Assembly (NCBI GenBank): GCA_963514965.1
Contig: CAUPXC010000001.1
Location: 1-44,370, forward strand
Source: an uncultured Candidatus Saccharibacteria bacterium
GTDB taxonomy: Bacteria; Patescibacteriota; Saccharimonadia; Saccharimonadales; Saccharimonadaceae
Length of the DNA: 44,370 nucleotides
Direction: 5' to 3'
A program made the position numbers and the translations under genes. This document shows positions 38,131 to 44,370 of the stretch, piece by piece (position 1 is the first letter of the stretch; every line of letters starts with the position of its first letter). The notes beneath the pieces are model-generated. The model was not told the origin of the DNA. It made no database searches and saw only the letters and a program-made list of their open reading frames with translations.

Positions 38131-39552
38131 TTACTCCAGTGTCAAAACGCGTATCGTATCAGTTTTGCCGGCGCCTGGGCGGTGGCCATTGACCAATACC
38201 AACGTCGCCACACCGTCACCAAAGTAGCCTTCATTTTTCAGATCACGTGCTAGGTCAAGACCATGACAGTTCTCTGGTGGGCGCATGTATACACGAGTTG
38301 CGTAATTCAGCGCCAACTTCTGAGCTGTTTTGCGGTTGTCTGTCAGGCTGATGATCGGCATGTTTGGACGGAAAGCACCGATGTTGACGGCCGTAGCACC
38401 CGTGTCCGTCTCTGCCACGATAGCATCTGCGTTGAGGTCACGCGCCAAACGAGCAGCTGTGTAGCTGATGACAGCGTCATTTTTCTGGCGAGATTCACTC
38501 TTTGTCACTGACATGACATCACTGTGTTCCTGGGTGTAGAGAATGGTTTTTCGCATGGAATCAACCGCTTCAATTGGGTATTTACCATTGGCAGTCTCAT
38601 CAGACAACATCACGACATCAGCACCTTGGATGACCGCGTTTGCCACGTCGCTCACTTCAGCGCGGCTTGGCTCAGGATTGTCAACCATGCTACCCATCAT
38701 CTGAGTTGCTACGATCACCATCTTGCCGTGCTTGCGACACAATGTGATAATCCGTCGCTGTACGACTGGCACAATCTCAGCACCAGCTTCCACCGCCAAG
38801 TCTCCTCGCGCCACCATGACACCATCACTCAACTGCACGATCTTTTCCAGGTTTTCTGGAGAGATGGCAGATTTTGTCTCAATCTTGGCGATGATCTGCG
38901 CTTCAGAACCAAACGTCAACAAACGCTGCCGCAAGTCAACGATATCAGATGCCGACTGCACGAAGCTCAAAGAAACATAATCAAAGTCTCGGCTAGCCCC
39001 CCATTCAATGTCTTCTAGGTCTTTCTGGGTCAAAATGTCACCGCCAAAATCAGTGTCAGGCAAATTCAACCCTTTTCGGCTCATCAAAAAGCCATCGTTT
39101 TGAATCTCAACCTTGATGGCAGTTTCGCTGACGATTTCGCGCACAATTGAACGAATTTTACCGTCAAACATGTACAGCGGCTCGCCAACTTTCATCTTGC
39201 TGGCTAAGTTGTACTGCACTGGAAGATTGAAACTTCCGTCATGTTCAGCAATTTCTGAATCCAGCACCAACATATCGCCGGTTTTCACTTCCAACATGTT
39301 GTCTTTCAAAATGCCCAGCCGAATCTTTGGACCTTGCAAGTCTTGCAAGATCGCAACCGGCTTGTCTTGTTCACGGCTGGCAGTACGAATCCACTCGATC
39401 TGCTGCGTGCGCTCTTCGTAGCTACCGTGGCTAAAATTAAGACGGAAACCGTTGGCACCAGCGGCCATCAGCTCCGATACTTTTTCCTGGCTCATGGTTA
39501 CAGGACCAATTGTTGCCAAAATTTTGGTACGTTTAAAAATAGGTTTACTCAT
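38131..39552 (-). CDS. pyk: Pyruvate kinase
   Basis: TKILATIGP, RLNFSHG, DLQGPKIR, IAKIE, MVARGDL, ATQM, MLSDET. Confidence 0.97.
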   Translation of the reverse strand: MSKPIFKRTKILATIGPVTMSQEKVSELMAAGANGFRLNFSHGSYEERTQQIEWIRTASREQDKPVAILQDLQGPKIRLGILKDNMLEVKTGDMLVLDSEIAEHDGSFNLPVQYNLASKMKVGEPLYMFDGKIRSIVREIVSETAIKVEIQNDGFLMSRKGLNLPDTDFGGDILTQKDLEDIEWGASRDFDYVSLSFVQSASDIVDLRQRLLTFGSEAQIIAKIETKSAISPENLEKIVQLSDGVMVARGDLAVEAGAEIVPVVQRRIITLCRKHGKMVIVATQMMGSMVDNPEPSRAEVSDVANAVIQGADVVMLSDETANGKYPIEAVDSMRKTILYTQEHSDVMSVTKSESRQKNDAVISYTAARLARDLNADAIVAETDTGATAVNIGAFRPNMPIISLTDNRKTAQKLALNYATRVYMRPPENCHGLDLARDLKNEGYFGDGVATLVLVNGHRPGAGKTDTIRVLTLE

Positions 39553-39596
39553 TTTTAAAATTATATCACGAAATAACAGTGATGGAAATGGTTGTG

Positions 39597-40937
39597 TTAT
39601 CTGACTTTCAGGCTATCTTCTGTCTTGGTTATCAGCGGGTCAAGGAAAAACTCAATGATACGGCGCTGACCAGTAGTGATTTCGGCAGAGACGCTCATGC
39701 CTGGCAGTAATTTGAGTTGATTTTGTTTGGAACTTTTGTCGTCGTTCAGTTTAATCTTAGCTTTGTAAATGAGGCCTTTCTTGTCGTCTTGAATAGCATC
39801 GGGGCTAATATTTTCAACTGTCCCCTCCAGGTAGCCGTAACGTTGGAATGGATAGGTAGCGACTTTGACGACCACGCGCTGGCCAGATTTAACAAAGCCG
39901 ATGTCTTGATTGTCCAGCGCCGCATCAACATAGAGCGGCACTTTTTCTGGTACAATTTGTGCCAGCTGCTGCCCAGCATTGACCACACCGCCAATTGTTT
40001 TCACCGTCAGCGACAGTATCGTACCATCGACGGGTGCAGTGATGGTAGTTTGCGCTAAAATTTGTTTGGCTTTGACCAGATTATTTTCCAGTTCAATAAT
40101 TCTCTTTTCTGCCGTGATGATTTGATTGTTAAAAGCACTATTGGTTTCGGCAATTTGGGTTTGCGATTGATTTTGCGCCTGAGTGAGCGCCGACTGCGAT
40201 TGCAATAGTTGCTGATTTTGACCAAGGACAGCGCTGTCCGCGCTGGTGATTCGCTGGTCAATATTACTCAACTCGTTCTGCAGGCGCAGCTTGTCGACAG
40301 GATTGGCGTTTGGTAACTGCTTTTCGATCTCGGCTTTGCGATTTTTCAGATTTTGAGCGTTGGTTTCCAGCTGGTTTTTCGCTTGCTGGTTAAATTGTAG
40401 TTGCTGCTGATAATTAGAAATTATACCGCCTGTAGCTTGCCTTCTGGCCGCAGAAAGTGTGGTTTGCGAGCTAGCAAATTGTCGCAACATTGCCTTAGTC
40501 TCATCTGGCAAATCTGCATTATTAATAATATCGTCGGTGTTGCCGCCAACAGCTAGCCGCCGCAAAATATCGCGCTCGACTCGCGCCGTGTTCAGGCTTT
40601 GATTGGCAGTAGCAACGTCTTTTTCGGCAGTGGTTTTATCCAGCGCCAGCAAAGTTTCTCCTTTTTTGACACGCTGACCTTCATGCACATTAATACTTGT
40701 CACCACGCCAGAAATCGCCGGCTGGATAATCTTAGTACTGCCTTCAGTGGAGATTTTACCATTAGCTACCGCAACGATATCAATCCTACCAAGATATGAC
40801 CACGCCAACACTACGACCAGCAACAATGTAACTAGCCAAACCACCAACGCGCCCAGAGGAGCGGCTGGTGTTGCAACAATTTCCTCAGCTGCTGGCAAAA
40901 ATTCATACTGCAGCCGGTCGCGTCTTAGCCAACTCAT
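39597..40937 (-). CDS. HlyD-family type I secretion membrane-fusion protein
   Basis: EFLPAAEEI..TP, one TM, VHEGQRVKKGE, Gln/Asn-rich coiled coil, ITAPVDG, YPFQRYG, PGMSVSAEI..G.RRIIEFFLDP. Confidence 0.92.
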   Translation of the reverse strand: MSWLRRDRLQYEFLPAAEEIVATPAAPLGALVVWLVTLLLVVVLAWSYLGRIDIVAVANGKISTEGSTKIIQPAISGVVTSINVHEGQRVKKGETLLALDKTTAEKDVATANQSLNTARVERDILRRLAVGGNTDDIINNADLPDETKAMLRQFASSQTTLSAARRQATGGIISNYQQQLQFNQQAKNQLETNAQNLKNRKAEIEKQLPNANPVDKLRLQNELSNIDQRITSADSAVLGQNQQLLQSQSALTQAQNQSQTQIAETNSAFNNQIITAEKRIIELENNLVKAKQILAQTTITAPVDGTILSLTVKTIGGVVNAGQQLAQIVPEKVPLYVDAALDNQDIGFVKSGQRVVVKVATYPFQRYGYLEGTVENISPDAIQDDKKGLIYKAKIKLNDDKSSKQNQLKLLPGMSVSAEITTGQRRIIEFFLDPLITKTEDSLKVR

Positions 40938-43258
40938 ACTTCGTCTCCTGACTGTTGCTTATGCAGATATGTGTACAAACCGTTCTTTTTCAGCAGCACC
41001 GACGGCGTACCATACTCAACCAATTGGCCGCGATCGATTGCCATGATTTTATCGACTGACTTGAGCGTTGACAAACGATGCGCGATGATGATGACCGTTC
41101 GCCCAGCCGTAATTTGCTTTAGATTTCGCTGAATAATATTTTCCGATTCATAATCAAGTGCTGATGTCGCTTCGTCAAAAATGAGGATCTTAGGATTATG
41201 TAGCAATGCCCGAGCGATAGCGATGCGCTGCTTTTGCCCGCCACTCAGGCCTTCGCCTTTTTCGCCAACCATCGTGTCGTAACCATTTGGCAATTCGGTA
41301 ATAAACTCATGCGCGCCAGCAATTTTCGCCACCCTTACGATATCATCCACGCTGCTACTCGGCACATGTACCGCAATGTTATCGCGTACGCTGGTATTAA
41401 ACAAAAAGTTTTCCTGCAAGACCACGCCAATTTGCCGGCGCAACCAGCTCGGGTCAGTCGTGGCAATATCGACGCCGTCAATCAAAATCTTGCCTGATTC
41501 TGGCACGTACAATCGCTGCAATAATTTGGAAATCGTACTTTTGCCCGAACCGCTGCGCCCAACCACGCCGACCACCGTGCCAGGACGAACGCCAAACGAC
41601 ACGTCACGGATGACTTCCGGGCTATCTGGCGCATAGCGAAAACGTACATGTTCAAATCGCACATCACCAGTGATGCTCGGCAAGCGCGACTTGCTCGGAT
41701 CAAGCGTTGGTTCAGGCTTGGTGTTAAAAATATCACCCAACCGCTTCATGGAAATACCTGTTTGCTGAAAATCCTGCCACGATTGCACCAACCGCAGCAC
41801 CGGCCCGCTAACTCGCCCGCTCAGCATCCGAAAGGCAATCAACCCACCAATCGTCAAACTTCCCGCCATCACCATATGCGCGCCAACCCACAAAATAGCG
41901 ATGTCGAAAATCTTTTGGATGAGCTGTCCGAGCGCACCGGCATTGCCCGACAACAGATTAGTTCTGTAATTCGCGCGAACGTAATTACTCAGCCGACCCT
42001 CCCAATTTTTCTGCAGCTGTGGCTCTAGCGCAAACGATTTGATAGTCTGCGCGCCAGTGATCGACTCAACCAAATACGATTGAGACTCAGCGCCGGTGTT
42101 AAATTTTTCATCCAAACGCTGGCGAAGCAATGGCGTGATGATACCAGACAGAATCGCAAACACCGGCAAACTACCCAATACCACCCACGTCAATGTTGTG
42201 CTATAAAACAGCATAACTATGATGTAGACAAACATAAAACTAATATCGATCAGTGCAGTCATCGGCGTACCAGTCAAAAAAGCCCGAATTCGCTCCAGCT
42301 CCAGCACCCGCGCCGTGGTGTCGCCAACTCGACGGGTTTCAAAATACCTTAGCGGCAAGGCAAATAAGTGCCGAAACAGCCGCGAACTCAAAATCACGTC
42401 AATCCGACTAGTGGTGTGCGTGAAAATATAATTGCGAGCGATGCCGAGCATGCCCTCAAACAGCGCGATAATTACCAACCCACCAACGATGACGTCAAGC
42501 GTCGATACGCTATGATGCGCGAGAGCTTTATCGATGACGACCTGTGTCAAAATCGGCGTAAAAATTCCGATAATCTGCACCACTAGCGCCGCCAACAAGA
42601 CTTGCAGCAGCGGCTTTTTGTATTTGATAATCGTCGGAATAAACCATTTAAGATTGAATTTCCTGTCTGCCTCTTTCCAAAAACGCTGCGTAAATAGTAC
42701 CACGCGGCCAGTCCATTTGTCCTGAAAATTCTCAGCCGACATCACCTGCGGCGGCCCGCCATTTGGCGGTAAAATGAGGAATTTACTGTTGATGTTTCTA
42801 CCAGAACCTTTAATTTTGCGGCGACTGTCATTCTTAGTATCAGCAAGTTGCGCCGCCATATTATCCTCGGCAACTTGCGCCAATACCGCAAACTTTTCGT
42901 CCTTCGTACCAACGATCAGCGGTAATGGCAACTTCGCTAATTGTTTAGAATTAACCGTAGCCGCCCGCGCCTTCAATTTGAGCGAGCGCGCGGCCCGTAG
43001 CATATCCGTTTCACTCATACCCACACGCGAATCGATCGCTAACGCGTGAGCAATCTGCTCCGAATCAGCAGGAATACCATGAAACTGAGCGATAGCCGTG
43101 AAACAATACAGACCAGAATCTAACTTGCCGCCAGACTTTTTATTTCCCAAATCATCATGTAATTTTTCACGATTCTTTGATGCAGATTTAACACTAGTAC
43201 GCTTTTTAACCGGCGCTGCCTGACTATCCTTATCTGATTTTTCTCGTTTACTAACCAC
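40934..43258 (-). CDS. HlyB-family type I secretion ABC permease/ATPase with C39-like domain
   Basis: DSGLYC...FHG C39-like N-terminus; [58 protein letters not shown]. Confidence 0.93.
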   Translation of the reverse strand: MVSKREKSDKDSQAAPVKKRTSVKSASKNREKLHDDLGNKKSGGKLDSGLYCFTAIAQFHGIPADSEQIAHALAIDSRVGMSETDMLRAARSLKLKARAATVNSKQLAKLPLPLIVGTKDEKFAVLAQVAEDNMAAQLADTKNDSRRKIKGSGRNINSKFLILPPNGGPPQVMSAENFQDKWTGRVVLFTQRFWKEADRKFNLKWFIPTIIKYKKPLLQVLLAALVVQIIGIFTPILTQVVIDKALAHHSVSTLDVIVGGLVIIALFEGMLGIARNYIFTHTTSRIDVILSSRLFRHLFALPLRYFETRRVGDTTARVLELERIRAFLTGTPMTALIDISFMFVYIIVMLFYSTTLTWVVLGSLPVFAILSGIITPLLRQRLDEKFNTGAESQSYLVESITGAQTIKSFALEPQLQKNWEGRLSNYVRANYRTNLLSGNAGALGQLIQKIFDIAILWVGAHMVMAGSLTIGGLIAFRMLSGRVSGPVLRLVQSWQDFQQTGISMKRLGDIFNTKPEPTLDPSKSRLPSITGDVRFEHVRFRYAPDSPEVIRDVSFGVRPGTVVGVVGRSGSGKSTISKLLQRLYVPESGKILIDGVDIATTDPSWLRRQIGVVLQENFLFNTSVRDNIAVHVPSSSVDDIVRVAKIAGAHEFITELPNGYDTMVGEKGEGLSGGQKQRIAIARALLHNPKILIFDEATSALDYESENIIQRNLKQITAGRTVIIIAHRLSTLKSVDKIMAIDRGQLVEYGTPSVLLKKNGLYTYLHKQQSGDEV

Positions 43259-43260
43259 TC

Positions 43261-43292
43261 TTTCCTCTGATTAATGACTATATCAGAGGAAA
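43261..43292. promoter_or_regulatory. Perfect 11-bp inverted repeat covering the hlyB-like SD and an extended -10
   Basis: TTTCCTCTGAT (43261-43271), 10 nt, ATCAGAGGAAA (43282-43292). Confidence 0.6.
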
Positions 43293-43315
43293 TTATCGAC
43301 TCAAAGCTTAAACAA

Positions 43316-44074
43316 TTACATCTCGCTCTTAGCAAAACATATCAAACCAGCCACAATGCACGGCATACCGACATAAAGAAAAGCTAGCAACACATAATTA
43401 AATATGGTACTGCCACCAAAACCGCCATCTGGACCAACCATTATCTGCGATACCGCGAAAGAAATTACGATAGCTATAGCTAATGGGATGCTAAAAAGGC
43501 CAAAACCACTTCGCTGCAGCCGCAAGCCGCGCTCTTGCTGTTTATGTTGTGTTTTTGACAATGAAGATACTGGAAGAGGTTCCCAATACAACCGATCCGG
43601 AAGTCGTAGCAATCGCCACAAATATAACAAGCCAACAGCAGCCACAACAAACAACCCCAGAAGTACCCAAGGCGATGTAAGCAATTTCGCGATATAAACA
43701 ATATCGTATGCATGCAATAATGTAGCAGCCGCTGCTAATGTATTAAAAATCACGGCAAATACAGGCAAAAGTAATATCACGCTCAGCGCAGTAATACGCT
43801 GACGGTAGCGATCCACGCGCCGGTATTGTTTCAAAACGACAACGCCTTCTACAAACAATAAAGCAATAAATGATAAATAAGCTACAAACAAAGGCGGTAC
43901 AAAAAACAACGGAATAACAAGAAATGGGTTTGCTAGCAAACCCACCATCACTGCGCCAAACAGCAACATACCAACCGCTTGGCTAACTATGATGGCTTCA
44001 TTTTTAACGTTTCGTTCCGGCAGATGCTTATTAGGCTTTTCGTGTTCAGCAGATGATGCTTTTAAATTTGCCAT
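43316..44074 (-). CDS. Hypothetical integral membrane protein (~6 TM)
   Basis: 252 aa with several long hydrophobic segments; TGcTAAAAT 9 nt upstream of ATG. Confidence 0.75.
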   Translation of the reverse strand: MANLKASSAEHEKPNKHLPERNVKNEAIIVSQAVGMLLFGAVMVGLLANPFLVIPLFFVPPLFVAYLSFIALLFVEGVVVLKQYRRVDRYRQRITALSVILLLPVFAVIFNTLAAAATLLHAYDIVYIAKLLTSPWVLLGLFVVAAVGLLYLWRLLRLPDRLYWEPLPVSSLSKTQHKQQERGLRLQRSGFGLFSIPLAIAIVISFAVSQIMVGPDGGFGGSTIFNYVLLAFLYVGMPCIVAGLICFAKSEM

Positions 44075-44110
44075 AGTTATTTTATTTTAGCATGTATTGT
44101 TGACCTTATG

Positions 44111-44370
44111 CTATTTATCAGCATCAAAGAACTGGCGCGCTCGCTCAGTCTTTGGATGATCCATTACTTGTTTAGGCGGACCGTCTTCAATGATGTCGCC
44201 TTTGTCAAGGAAAATCATCCGGGTGCCAACTTCACGGGCAAAGCTCATTTCATGCGTGACGATTACCATGGTCATGCCCTGCTTAGCCAAATCGCGCATC
44301 ACGTCGAGTACTTCTCCAATCATTTCCGGGTCAAGCGCGCTAGTCGGCTCATCAAACAGCATGACTTCTG
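44111..44370 (-). CDS. Polar amino-acid ABC transporter ATP-binding protein (GlnQ/ArtP-like), 3' part only
   Basis: [19 protein letters not shown]...[14 protein letters not shown]...[10 protein letters not shown]; frame is open to the window edge. Confidence 0.92.
   Translation of the reverse strand, partial: EVMLFDEPTSALDPEMIGEVLDVMRDLAKQGMTMVIVTHEMSFAREVGTRMIFLDKGDIIEDGPPKQVMDHPKTERARQFFDADK

Overview
Chromosomal segment that looks like Candidatus Saccharibacteria (TM7, Patescibacteria/CPR); this assignment is inferred from gene set and gene order. It is gene-dense and almost entirely on the minus strand. The backbone is housekeeping: uvrA, sbcB, obgE, mltG, ruvX, a short alaS, rpsP, mnmA, iscS, tatD, metG, pgeF, rsmA, pcrA, tpiA-pgk-pyk and an amino-acid ABC ATPase. 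Accessory or unusual items: (1) a surface protein of at least 1235 aa (beta-helix + internalin-like LRR + 185-aa repeat) that runs off the window and is missing from the ORF track; (2) an AT-rich 1327-aa NACHT/STAND NTPase with a C-terminal PD-(D/E)xK nuclease-like domain between obgE and sbcB, a candidate single-gene anti-phage system; (3) a LysM-CHAP hydrolase with a ~200-nt structured leader and an apparent non-canonical ATT start codon; (4) an FtsA-like ATPase + bitopic membrane protein + ruvX + mltG operon without ftsZ; (5) tandem Rpf-type and 3D-type G5 muralytic genes; (6) an HlyB/HlyD type I secretion pair with no TolC or substrate nearby; (7) about 11 genes whose start codon lies only 6-9 nt after a -10 box (apparently leaderless mRNAs). 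No CRISPR array, tRNA, rRNA, transposase or integrase was recognised. All domain calls come from reading motifs by eye, not from database searches.
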